Assembly: GCA_001643675.2 (NCBI GenBank)
Contig: LSRY02000042.1
Location: forward strand, 682,001-746,000
Direction of reading: 5' to 3'
Length of the DNA: 64,000 nt
DNA from: Monocercomonoides exilis PA203
Taxonomy: Eukaryota; Protista; Preaxostyla
Part shown: one piece after another, positions 25,362 to 38,033 of the stretch
How the letters are laid out: each line of letters begins with the position of its first letter
How positions within the stretch are numbered: position 1 is the stretch's first letter
The notes under the pieces: model-generated
What the model saw: only the letters and a program-made list of their open reading frames with translations
Told to the model about the DNA's origin: nothing
Database searches by the model: none
Made by a program: the position numbers and the translations under genes

Positions 25362-26794
25362 TCAAACATTTACAAAATAGTCTGAAATGTTCAACGAGAA
25401 ATCAAAACCAAATACATCGTCAAGATCACACAATCTTTTATAAAAGCTTGCAACGATATCTTCATATCCTTCCTCTTCCTTCTTGTCGAACATCATTCTT
25501 TTCAACTTCATCCATTCTTCATAATCATTCCTTCCCATTCCATTTCCCTCAATATCTTTCAAAATTTTGAAAAGAAATTCAAGAAATGAGATGCCATGTA
25601 GTTTTTGAACGAATAGTTGTTAATTTCCTCCAAAAAGAAATCAACTGCTCCGCATTTCAGTAAATCATAAACAACAGGAAAAATTGATTGGTCATTCACC
25701 AAACCCTCAAAATAAATGCAACACCTAAAGACAATTTCTTTGTGTGCATCTCTTGCTTCTCTGCATATTCTGATTATGCAACCAAATAAACCAACAAACT
25801 CTTCATCATGAGACTTGCAGCACAAAAGGAAACAGAAAATATCGTCCAGCCATCTTTCAATCATCACGATATATTTCCTTTCTTCTTCTTCAATTTCCTC
25901 TTCTTTTCTCTTCCAATCAACACATTCTCTCAGCTCTTCCAGTTCTCTTGCTGCTTCTCTCGCGCAATGCACCTCACTGGCAATAACTCTTTCCAAGTTA
26001 TTATCATATATCACCCGATACATCAAAAACTTCCAAACAGACTGATATGCGAGTCTTGTCAAATTGTGATGCTCCTGATGATGTTCAATGATCTCCTTGA
26101 TCTCATTCAGATACAATTCTTTATCCAATTTCTTATCAAAAAACAAGAAAAAAAGTTAAAAAATATCAAAATGAGAAAAATGCTCTCAAACATGATATCC
26201 AGCATTGCCCAAGGCAAGAAGAGCTATTTCCACTTCTGTTTAAGCTTCCTCCTTTTCCTCTTTGTTCAAAGCAACTTTCAGAAGGCAAGAAACACATATT
26301 TTCATCGTGTCATCGCTGATAGCACAACCTTTTTTGTGCAAGAATAAATAGCATTCGCAAATATCAGCCAGCAGTTTTTCATCCTTTTTATCTTTTTTCT
26401 GATCTTCTTTAATTATCATCTTTTCAAACATTTTGCACAACGAAGATCGTTCAAAAGTCGAAATCCGAGCATCTTTCATAATTTTCCAATATCCCAGGGA
26501 TTTCATCAACAATATTGAATTTTCCAATGAAAATTTCTTTTCTTCAATCATTTTGTTTATTTGATTGAAGAATTTAATGGTAAGTGCGGATCTAAATTGC
26601 GCTTCATTCATCTTGTCAATTAACTCATTTATTTCCTCAATTTTCTGTTTCTGTTCATCGTTTGAACAATCTCCCAGTCCATTCAGCAATTCTTCAACAA
26701 AAGCAAAGAAATGAAAGAAATCCAATCAATAAAAATTCATATGCAACTTCAACAGCGCACCATTGAATTTTTTCGTGTTGTTCGTATCCTGTAT
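25362..26794 (-). pseudogene. Expanded helical/ARM-like family member, copy 7 (pseudogene)
   Basis: The start codon position reads ATA (ATA CAG GAT ACG AAC AAC ACG AAA AAA TTC), with a TAA/frameshift at ~26240 and a frameshift at ~25560. Family motifs and exon layout are retained. Confidence 0.8.
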
Positions 26795-27084
26795 TTTTGG
26801 TGAAAAATTTCATTCAGAAAACAACACCATTTTCAGAATTTATATTAAATTCGTATATGTTTCGATAGAAGAAATTGATGATTTATTAAAAACTCTAAAT
26901 AACTACAACATAATCAGCACTCATACCATTTTTCCTTGCGTTGACATTTTTGACTCCTGCCAACAAAGAAAAACAGCGCTTCCGATTATTCAATTATATA
27001 ATAATGGACTCTCAGATCTGATAGATATTCAAGTTGCTTTTCCACAACATACTGAGAATTCTATGAATGTTTTATCACTTCTAT

Positions 27085-27710
27085 ATATTCTTGCTATTCC
27101 TTGGAGCAAATTGAATCACAGGAAAGACGATGCAAACCATAGGATTCTGTCTGATTATTTTATTGATTGTTCGACAAAGTATTCACAACAATTATTTGAT
27201 GAATATGAAAATCAATATACGTTTGCATTTATTATTATTCAATTCATTGTGAAGATTTTTTCATCCATCTCATTTGTAATGACAAAAAAATCAGATTTGT
27301 TTCAAAAAAGAGGAGAATATTTTCTTTTTTTCGTAGAATATTTCTTGAATGCAGTAAAGAGCATTATCAATGAAACAGGACAAGTGGATTGATAGTGCGT
27401 CTGGCGTCAACATTTTTTGAGAAAGAAAAAAAGAGTCTCACTTTTTTGGAAAGTTGGAAAGCAACTCATTCAAATGTGGGATATGGCTGAAAAGGAATGG
27501 TCGGTGAAGCTTCATGAAAGAGTTTTGAAAAAATAATGAAAAATGAATTTTTGATGAGGAAACAAAACATAATCAGAAGAATACAACATTGAAGCAGGCT
27601 TCAACCTTTCTGAAAGTTTGCTGCTGTCATTTTTAACTTTTTGAATTGATTTTGCGAAAAGTTCTGTTGAAGGGAGAGAGTTTTAATGGATTTGATAAAG
27701 AGGGAGAAGA
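27085..27710. repeat. ~620-bp dispersed repeat, inverted copy of 6510..7128
   Basis: Direct reverse-complement match to 6510..7128; overlaps ORF 26763..27392. Confidence 0.9.
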
Positions 27711-28320
27711 AATAATTTAAATCAATACATATTTGAGAGAACGAGAGAACTTTCTTCAGTTTCAAAAATCTCAAAAATTCTCTTTTGAACGTTCATTTTC
27801 GTTCATTGAAAATTGAATTCCATTTTATTTTGAGAAATGCATTATCATGTACTCTTGAATTTCTTGTTACGCAACAATTGCTTTTCACAAAATATCAAGA
27901 TAGCGAGACCAATATTGATACAGAAGTTTCACTGTCTTTGAATCAAAAAGTGTACTTTTTCACTAAACGCAACAAGTGATGAATTCAACAAAAATGTTTT
28001 GGAAAATAATTATAAAGGAGTGTATGTCAATCATATTTTTACAAGAAAATTCATCTTAACAGAGCGTCAAAGATCGATTTTCAATTTTCTCGAAGTTCTT
28101 TCCTTCTGATTGAATAGATTAAACATTTAGGGTTTAATTTTTGCATTTATGAAAGATATAATAATTTGTTCAACACTGTTTCTGCTTTCATATCATTATA
28201 ATTCTCACGTTCTCACGAAAAAATAAAAATAGAATTATTATAAAATTGGAAAAAATATTACAAAATATTGTGTGTGTGGAACAAAATCTATAATGCAAAA
28301 TATTTCGTCCCATATTGATT

Positions 28321-30177
28321 TTAAATATTGCGCTCATTTCTTCCTTCAGCTCTGTGCTGGTGCCTTGAGCGAATGTCAGACGGTGGAAGTTCAAATGCTG
28401 CTTCAGTCAGACCATTAAATGCACTCGTCTTGAATTCGAGGATGCTTCGAGGCGAAGCCAATTTGTTTTTCGAAGGCAGGCAGCCAGAGCACAGCCAGAA
28501 CGGCTGCAAGCCACTCTTTTGTGGAGTAGCTTCGATGCGGTCACGCAGCCCTGTTTCTTCGAGCTCGTCTTCAATCAGCCTGAGGAGGCGGACAGCCCCA
28601 TCATCCGCTCCTTTCATCAGCTCTTCCTCGTCTTCTGAAAAGTCTGCCTTTTTCAGCGAGGGCAACTGCTTCGTCGTGGGGAAATTCAAATAAAGTGAAT
28701 ACATCCCATCGTAGCACATGCTCATCTCCAGCAAGGAAAGAGTTTTAAACTGCTCATATTGCGGGCCAGGCATCCCATATGCAAAATTCCTTCTGTTATT
28801 TCTGCCTTCACTGTTGTCCCTGTTGTGCACTTCCACATTGCGATTGTAGACAGAAGCATTTTTCACCCTCATCTCCCTTGCAATGCGCATGAACATGATG
28901 CACGTCTCTCGGATGATCTGCACCGCATAATACGCTACACGCCCTTTCACATCCCTCCCAGCTGCCAGCCACTCAAACAGAACATGCACAAACCCCATGG
29001 CAAATGCAAAGGGCAGCTCCTTCTCCACATTCGTCATCGTCTGCAGCACAAACGCATCAATCGAGATCTGAACAGACTCCAGCGACTGCAGCTGATACGC
29101 CCTGCACTCAATCTGCTGCACAGTGATGGGGGCAACGAGAGGAAAAGGATGCGCCATCTTGTCGACCAGCCTCTTATAAAACGGACGGATTGCAAGCTCA
29201 TCGCAGCTGTTGCTTTGGATGCAGAAGGCAGCTGCAATGCAGCTGAGGGAATGGTTGAAGCGGAGTGCTGCTGAAGAATAGTGGTACAGCGGAACAGTCA
29301 GATGCGATCTCTTCTCAGCTTTCAGCGTGGGGGTAAAGGGGTTCATCTGATCAAACATGGCATCTTCCTCGTCTTCTTCTCCTTCTCCGTTCGCAACTCC
29401 ATTGAAGTTCCGATTTCTTTGGATTTCGATGTTTCTGCGGCTGAATTCACGAGTAGTTGCAGCCAAGCTCTTTCTGACCTCCAATTTGTGTGCTTTCCAG
29501 CTGCTCTTGCAGTCAAACTCGAACTCAACTGGAGAACTGTATTTTTCCAAAGAGGGCTTGCAAATGTGGTGGAACGGGTAATAATAGCTGATGTCGTTGT
29601 CAAATTGGAATGTCTTTGATGTTATGGACTCAACCTGTTTTGTGCTAACAATCATCGTTTCTTCTTCTTCTCCTCCTTCGTATCCATCAGTTCTATTCTT
29701 CTTCTTATTATTCTTATTCATTTTGCTTCTTTGTTGAATTGCTTCCCTCATTTCTTCCTCCACTTCGTCCAAAGACTCCATCAGCTGCTTCTCAAACAAT
29801 GGGAAGAACAATCGTTTCATCTGCTTTTGGCAGATTATGCAGATGTTTTCAATGCAATGGCTCGACAAGCAGAAGAAGAGCTCGTCTGGAAAACTGATTG
29901 GTTGGTTGTAAATGTGAAGGGAAACACAAAAAGATTGAATAAAATAAAAAAATATGAAAAATTGAATAAGAATAATATTAAAAATTATAATTTTAAATTA
30001 TACGCAAAAAGAAAGGAAAAAAAGAGATAGAAACAGAAATAGAAAATTTAAATGGCAAACTTATTCAGCCGAAGCAGCATCTCAACAAGAATTTTCAATT
30101 GTCGATCAGACAAAAATTCAACATTTTCTGAATAAGTTGACATCGTTGCCTTTCCTATGATTATTAAAAGAGAATAA

Positions 30178-30231
<54 letters not shown>

Positions 30232-31739
30232 CAAATTTTTTTATTTTGTGCAAAAGAATTTGAGCAAAAACTGCATACGATTTTGTCCAAACAATGCATC
30301 AATGCACAGAATGCAGCGTCTGACTTGCCAAATATCAAACTTGTCAGCCATCATCTCTGCAACATAATCTTCGTCAACTTCAACTTTTGCCTCTTCTGCC
30401 TCTTCTGCCTCTTCTCTTTCTTCTCTTTCTTCTCTTTCTTCTCTTTCTTTCCCTCCTTTCCACAGCTGATTTTTCCTCCTCAAATATTCCTCTTCAGCAT
30501 CCTTCGGAATCATAATCCCTGCAATAAGCACACGCACAATGCTTTTGATCGGATTAATTCTCCGAAAAACACACCTCGCTCCTGTCGAATAAAGCGCAAG
30601 AACAGCTTTGATACGCACTTCCATCGGAAGAAATGGCTTTTTCGCTTTTTTCTGCATTTTTTCTATCGTTTTTGCTGACGAACTGGCTGATGCTGAAGAC
30701 TGGCAATATTCTGTCTCTTCCATTTGTTTTCGTTTGCTTCCTTCACTTTGCTCAGCAGGATTCTTCTTTTCAGTTTCTTCTTTTCCCTCCTCTTTTATTT
30801 CTTCTTCTTCTTCTTCTTCTTTTTCTTCTTTTTCAGAGTCGTCAATCTCTTCTGCATCATTTACTTCGCACTGCACATTAATCCCGCTTTCTTCTACTGC
30901 TGCTCGAAGGCTCAGCTTCGTCCGTGCAATTCCTCTTTTCTTGTTTCCCATCGCAATTTCAGCCAAAACTGCCTCAAAATAATGCGCATCGTATTCAATC
31001 AGAAAGTACTCATACGACTTCTTCGACACGCACCTTCTTCTGTTGTACATCAGCTGCAGCACTGCCATCGCATCACTCAAACCGCAGCTACTTTGGGAAC
31101 GCACCAGAATCGAGTCCACCCCATCCAGCACACTAAGCCTCTCCAGCGCTTCCATCCCGCTCATGTCAGCCATCTTCACAATCTGAAGAAATGCTCTCGC
31201 AGCAACGCACATCACAGCCTCGCTCTCTGTTGCACAGACACGCTCCACCAGTGCCCCAACCATGCTCCCCTCCAAAATTGCTCGTTGAAGAATTGAAGTT
31301 GAAAGAAATGAAGATAAAAGTTGCACCTTCGTATTTGGTCTTTCCTGATCAAAATGATTGCGCATCCACCGCCTTTCGAAGCCTGTTAATAAAATTTCAT
31401 TCTTCCTCAGCTTGGTGAATGGTGCAGAATAGGATTTTGCATCAATGATTTGGATAATCGCCTTGACAAATGAAACCACTATCTCCTCGTTATCAACTAC
31501 CTTTAAAACTTTTACGCATTCCTCAAAAGCATGCTTTATAAAGTTGGGAGACAGTGTTTCCATTTTCCCAGCATGTTGCGATAGAATTTCGTGGATTTGC
31601 TTGGAAGCATTGCGATATTCCTCAATTCTGAACTTTTGAGATCTGAAAGCATGTAAAATAATTTAGTATTCAAATTACCGTAGAGATACTGTGAATTTTC
31701 TGGTGAGTCTTCAGGTGTCTGAACTACAAAAATTTCCAT
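28321..31739 (-). CDS. ~1000-aa hypothetical protein, probably helical (ARM/HEAT-like) with acidic insertions, 4 exons
   Basis: The model 31739-31690, 31642-30279, 30154-30061, 29893-28321 joins the 440-aa and 515-aa ORFs in frame through GT-AG introns. Amphipathic helices; C-terminal IEDELEETGLRDRIE motif. First exon tentative. Confidence 0.7.
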
Positions 31740-32436
31740 CCGGACAAATCAAAAAAAATATCAAAAAATGAAAAATGCATGCGTTTATCGCTTCTTGTCT
31801 CTGCATTCGCAGCCTTTAGCATAACGGTGTGGTTAAATTATTGTTCATAATTTTCAGGGTTATTATATTCAAAACATAAGAAGTCAAATTTATTTTTATA
31901 TTTCAATATTCAATAAAAACGCACATAAAGAGCGTTAAAGGAAAAGTTTCTTAAAGATTAGATAGGATCATTCAAACCATGTTGTTGGCTATTATTTGGT
32001 TGTTTCTTTGTGCTGTAAGCATTTGAAACCTTCGAACATGCAAAAGACACGATTTTATCATAAGTCATTATGGTTCTGTTGTTTTGATTAATGAATAACA
32101 GTTTCATTTGAGTTCGTATTCAAGTGACTTAATGAGTGATATTACAAATTTTCAACTTATTAAATATATAAAACTAATTATCCATTTTTCTTTTGAAAAA
32201 ATTCCGAAAATTATCTTAATTGGAAAAAAAAATATTCGAATTCTAAAAAAATCTTCATACCAGTTTGAAAAAGAATATTTCAATTTCGGAAAGATTAAAA
32301 ATTAGGCTAGCTTAATGACTTATTGGCAAATAATACTTATAAGCCACTTCACAAATCTTTATTAAACAAAGAAATAATCAATAATAGCATGTTGTATTTT
32401 AAAATTAAGATAAATGATGTGTGGAAAAATCGGTAT

Positions 32437-33588
32437 TTATTTATCAGCCTCCCATTCAGATGCATCAGCTATATTCCCAGCCCCATCAGATGATGATCTG
32501 TTTCAAGTTCGTATTCTGATTCTGAAGATTCTTCTTCGTGAAGAATTTCTGATCCAGTCTCTTCTTCCTTTTCTTCTGGACCAAAAGCTTCTTCCTCAAG
32601 AGCTTTGTATTCTTTTCATTGCATTTCATGATATTCAACACAAAAATGGAAAAATCAACATTTCGATTTCTGAAAAAAACAAAAATGACTAGATATATTC
32701 TTGCATTCTATTTATTCTCACTCCATGTGAAGGCATGAACTTTCGAAGAGCAGCTCACTTTGCTTCAACAAGATTTGTGCAAGCATCGGTAATTGGATCT
32801 GAATAAGTGAGAAATAACATTTCATGAAAAAAGACAATAAAAAGAGAAAATTAAAACCCACAAAATGCTCCGAATTATTGACAGTCCAGTGTGTCAATCC
32901 ATTCTCACTTAAAGAAGAATAAGCTTTCCATTGATCAGAGGAAATTTCTGTTCCGGGACGAATATGTTTTTTAATAAACGGAATTAATACTGAAGCAGAT
33001 TTGTTGGACACAGGATAAACAAATGCTTTTCCTCCACGTTCCCGAGCACCGAAAATCCATATTTGCTTCTTCGCACGTCCTAATAAAAAAAAGTTCAATT
33101 GATAATTAAGTTTCAAAAGATAAAAATTCAAAACCTCTCTTATATTTTTGCCTACTCCAAACAGCTTCATCAATTTCAACAATGCTGCCAGGACCTCCAA
33201 TCGGAGTTTGATATTTACCAATCATCTGAGCACATGTTCTCCGGCAAATGCAATAATAATTAGAAAAACAATGTCTTTCGCATGAAGTTAGAGATGATGT
33301 TTATTTTATATTGAGATGATGTTTAAAGAAGTGAATGATCAGAATAAAATTTATATTTGAAAGCTTCGATTTTGAAAACGGAGTTCCTGTTCTATAAGAG
33401 ACTTCTTTTCGGCATTTGCGGCATCTAAAGAACTTTTTCCCCACACTTCCTTTTGGAAAAACCACAAATGAACGACAAGTACCAATTGGGAATCTTCTGA
33501 CAGAATTAATCATATAATCGTGTTGCCATTGGATGGTTTCTCCATTTTCGCAAAAAATCTTCAATAAATTCTGTTTTTCCTCCATCAA
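32437..33588 (-). mobile_element. Decayed Merlin-superfamily (IS1595/ISXO2-like DDE) transposase with two spliceosomal introns
   Basis: N-terminal Cys motif FRCRKCRKEVSYRTGTPF, then IGGPGSIVEIDE, KYKRG|RAKKQIWIFGARERG, IRPGTEISSDQWKAY, HWTVNNSEHFV|DPITDACTNLVEAK*. Introns at 33134-33080 and 32857-32799 restore the motifs. Several in-frame stops and an acidic tail. Confidence 0.9.
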
Positions 33589-33919
33589 ATGATTAAATGT
33601 TTGACATTCGTTATTGTATTTGGAATAATATATATACTCATCTATATTAAAATCAATTATTTTAGTGCATGCAAATATTTTGAATTTTTTTATGGATTGA
33701 TCAAAAAATATTATATATAAATCAGATTTTTTTACTAATTAACGATTGAATTATCTTTTCAAATGTGCATTTAAATTTTGATCTCAAGTTTATCTTCAAT
33801 ATGGCAAGGTGGCGTATTAGTGCCATATGCTAAAATGAATCGAAAGCATAAATAACATCATGAAAACCTTTTTTTTTTAAATTATTTTCAATTCAGTTTC
33901 AAAAATCATTGGAAAACCT

Positions 33920-34369
33920 GGCTGTTCCTTTATGAAATCACACTTTCGTTCGAGTTATGACAAAAATTTTTATCTCGATTGGATTTTGAAAATTTTGAGT
34001 TGAAATGGGGAACACTTATTGTTAACGATATTGCTATTGCAAAAACAAATGGGTATTTCTTTTTGAAAAGTCGCAAATGTTTAATTATCAAATAAATCGA
34101 AAATTTCATATTTTGCTCAAATTTTTGTTTCCACTCAAAAATCTTCTTAAGAATGTTTGAAATAGCACCATCAAGTTATTGATTCCATATTAGAGAAGTT
34201 TGGTGTCTGCCAACGAAAATTTGAGTCAAATATGAAATTTTCGATTTATTTGATAATTAAACATTTGCGACTTTTCAAAAAGAATTACCCAAATGTTGAT
34301 AAAAATCCCATTGAATACGAAATTTAGATCAAAACTCGAACGAAAGAATGATTTCAAAAATGGTCAGCC
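33920..34369. mobile_element. Nested imperfect palindrome / MITE-like element(s)
   Basis: Inner arms 34050-34129 / 34212-34291 (TGGGTATTTCTTTTTGAAAAGTCGCAAATG...) are nearly perfect. Outer arms 33920-33987 / 34301-34369 read GGCTG...TGAAATCA..CTTTCGTTCGAGTT. Confidence 0.75.
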
Positions 34370-34659
34370 TTATTCTCTTGCACAGATAAATCATCCCATT
34401 TATTTATTTTTTGTGTAATTTAAAAAAAATGATGAAATAATAAAGTGAATTGCATTCCAAAATATCAAAAAACATCAAAAAAAGATAAGTGAAGAAACAG
34501 CAACAACACTTCAGACTCTTGAAACAAAAAGCTCGAGATAATATGAGCAAGTTTTTGATCGATAAAAATAAAACAGAAAACTCCGGATCTTTTCACAAAA
34601 ATTAAAAAATTCGAAAATATTTTCAGGAATAGTAAATAAAAGATTTTTAAATGTTTCCT

Positions 34660-34700
34660 GTTATTTATTTATTTATTAATTAATTAATTAATTAATTAAT

Positions 34701-34747
<47 letters not shown>

Positions 34748-34750
34748 TTT
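34660..34750. repeat. (ATTT)n/(AATT)n microsatellite
   Basis: Directly visible. Confidence 0.95.
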
Positions 34751-35080
34751 TGTGCTCTGGAGAGCCAGAAATTTCAGTTCCCGATAAAAAATGGGGAATG
34801 ATATATTTCTTACCCTACGATAATTCAAATGAAAAAAACAATCATCAAATAAGAACACAAAAACAATTATTCTGTACATAGCCTTTCTTTCAATAAAAAA
34901 ACATCAAGATAATCACACTTAACGTGTATCTTTTGCGAATCTTTGATGTAAAAGCATCAATAAAAGTCTTTTCCTTTCAATTCTAAAAGAATTACAAAAA
35001 TAAAAGAAGATGAAATGATTGGTGAAATGCTTATAAAGAATTTTTTAAAAATTACGAAGAGAACAATTTTCACATATAAC

Positions 35081-35827
35081 TCATTTCCCTGCTGCTTCGA
35101 CTTGCCCAGCCAATCGAATTTTCGCCACCTTCCGATGTTCTCTCATTTTTGTTTTGGGGCATTCCATTTCTTCCCAAGAAATTGGATACATCACCTCTCC
35201 TGCAATGCTTGTTGCATAAACAACACCAAGATCAATTTCTGCAGTTGAAAGAAAGTAAGAACGTGTATCTCCAAGAGAAATCTTAAATATAAAGAGTTGA
35301 ATTTCCAAGAAAGAAAGAAAGAAAGAAAAAGAAAATAGAATCAAAATTTATAAAACTTTGAAAATAAAAAATTTCTTGCAAACAACTTTACATCTTACAA
35401 GATCACCAGGACGAAAACAATTCCAAATTTCAACTTTATCTATTTCTGTTTTCCTAACATCTTGCTTTCGAATAATTGCAGGGAAAGGATCAGGAAGAAC
35501 AGTTTCATCAATGCTCAAAATCATGCACGTTGCAAATCTTGTATTAATTTTTGTTACTCTTGTCAGAACAATTGAACCAATTTGTGGAACCAATAAAGAA
35601 TCCTTCTTTCTAATAATTTGCACTTTTTTTTTACCGAATCCAGATGCAGACGTTGTTTCCTCAAGAACACCTGAAACGCTTGCAAAGATACAATCTCCTC
35701 TCACATAAGTTCCAGGTCCTGATTCATATGTTCTTCACAGCATAAAAAATATCAAAAAGGAAGAAAATGTGAATTTTAGTTACCTTATTGAACCTAGTTT
35801 TTGCCCTGGAATGTAAATTGAACTCAT
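35081..35827 (-). CDS. CSL4: Exosome complex component CSL4 (EXOSC1)
   Basis: Exons 35827-35784, 35732-35384 and 35281-35081 give [112 protein letters not shown], the Csl4 signature. Confidence 0.95.
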
Positions 35828-36385
35828 AACTTGATCACTAAACCTTATTAAAATTTATTTAACTCATGAAGTTTTTTAACGTAAAAACAAAAATTAAATA
35901 AAAGGTTAACGAATGATGATTAATTATTCACAAGTGAAATGTGAAGTGCTGTAAACAAGGCAATGAGGAATACAAACATTGTAACAAGCTTACAATGTCA
36001 AATATCCATTCTAAAAATATTCATAAACATAAAATGTTTTGAGAGCCAGACGAATTTCGGGAAAATATTAATAAATATCGATTGTGTGGAAACGAGGGCA
36101 TATACTCTTGCAAAAGACTAGAAGGAGATAATGCCATTGTCAAAGACAAGATAATCATAGAAAGTTTAAACAATCACAGAAAGAGAAGAAATAGAACATA
36201 TTTATGCATTCCATAGAGAAAGAGAATGTGTTTGATGAAGATGAAGAAAAGGCACAAGAACAGAAATGAATGGCAAATGACCATAAAAAAATTGTAATGC
36301 GCCTCTTTTTTTTATGAAAAAAAATACATGCTGGATAAGAAAAATGCAAGTTAATCATAAGCATAGAAAGATTACACACACAGAC

Positions 36386-36462
36386 AAATAAAATAAAATA
36401 AAATAAAATAAAATAAAATAAAATAAAATAAAATAAAATAAAATAAAATAAAATAAAATAAA
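36386..36462. repeat. (AAAAT)n microsatellite
   Basis: Directly visible, ~15 units. Confidence 0.95.
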
Positions 36463-36700
36463 GTGAAAATGAATGAACATATTTCAACAAGAAGATGACA
36501 AGTTAACTTGCATTCACAGAAACAATAGCTATGATAAGCATTTAGACATTACAAATCACAAAAAAAAAAAACTTATGCATGAGGCAAGAGAATATGGAAA
36601 GGAAGAAGAAGAAGAAAGAAAGAAAGAAAGAAAGGGAGAGAGAGAAGAATTGTAATAGGCAGGTGTGGCTGTAAAGATGAAGGCTTTCTGTTTGTGAGTG

Positions 36701-38033
36701 TTAGTGAATTGATGTGAAGCACCAGTCTGTGCAGTCTCTGTATCCACCTGAGAAGGTCCCTCCAACTTTGTTGCTCCGCTTAACTCCAACTGAAAATAGA
36801 GAAAGAAAAAAATTTTTACAGGTGAATGGAAACGTTGTCATTTAATGTTATGACAAATCAAAAAAAAAAAAAAAGAAAGAAAGAAAGAAATAAAAAAAAA
36901 TAAGGAAATAGAAAAGAAAAATGAATAACATAAATAAATAAATGCATTGAAAAAATTGAATTATGAGTGAATTTGCATAGAAAGGATTTCACATTACCAA
37001 ATGAAAAGCATGAAATAGAAGGAAACACAGAACAATGTCAAACCAGTAGAAGGAGGAGAATATGAGCCAGGGCCTGGCACTTCTGCGCTTGCTGAGTCCT
37101 TTTTGAATCTTCCATCTTTTTTGAACCCAACAGTCGGAGCACTTAAAATAATTATTATGTCAATAAAAAGAATGCAAATATAATCGTGTTATCAGTTGGT
37201 GAAATTTTACATAAATTGGTTTTATTTTTTCAATTTTTAACTCATTTTGTTTTGAAAATAATTAATATCGTCAAACCTCGAAGTTGTCGAGCAAACAGTT
37301 GGCTTTGGCAAAGTGTGATAATGACCTTCAAAAGCTGTCTTCTTTACAAACCAAGATTTTCGTTCTTCTTTACCAAATGCCGGCTTAGGTGATGCTCTGT
37401 GCGCAGTGGTGGTATCATCTTTTGGATCATACTTTGGACCAGGATACAAAGCAACTGTTTGAAAATATTTTTCTCTACTATCCGAACCAAATTTTGTTGT
37501 TCCTGTTCTTGGCATAACAACTTTACTGGATTCATCAACCTGATAAATAGGGCCAGGCGAACGAGAGACTCGTTCAATGTGCCGATGATGACTTTATAAA
37601 AATAAAGTACATATTCTGTAAAATAAAAAGTATAATTTAATGTTATACAATTCTTCTTCTTCTACGATAGTTCGTCCCGGGTGAAATGGTGATCCAGCTC
37701 TCTGAGTTCGTGAAGAAGTTGTGCCGAACCTTCTTGTGTCACGGCTCGGACTACCGACTCTTGAGCGAGTTCTTCGTCCATCATATGTTGGAGTTCGAGT
37801 CTTTCTTTGTGTCGAACTTGGAGAACGTGTATTTGACCTGCTGTCATAAGATACAGCACTAGATAAAGTACTTAAAAATTCGAATACATGTTTTATGTAT
37901 CATTATTTTTTGTTGTATTTCAACACATTTATCAAAGGTGATGGAAAAAAAGTTAAACGAATTGAAATTTTTCTCTGATAACTTCAAAAATAACTTCAAA
38001 CTCGTTAAATTGTTGTTTCTCTGGTTCAGCCAT
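36701..38033 (-). CDS. SHIPPO/PGP-repeat protein (ODF3/CIMAP1/STPG-like, putative axonemal), multi-exon
   Basis: Three PGPx(x)Y repeats across exons (SPGPIY, YPGPKY, VPGPGSY), with FG...R spacer motifs (TKFGSDSR, PAFGKEER, VGFKKDGR). Last exon ends CFTSIH* at 36701. The 5' exons are uncertain. Confidence 0.65.
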
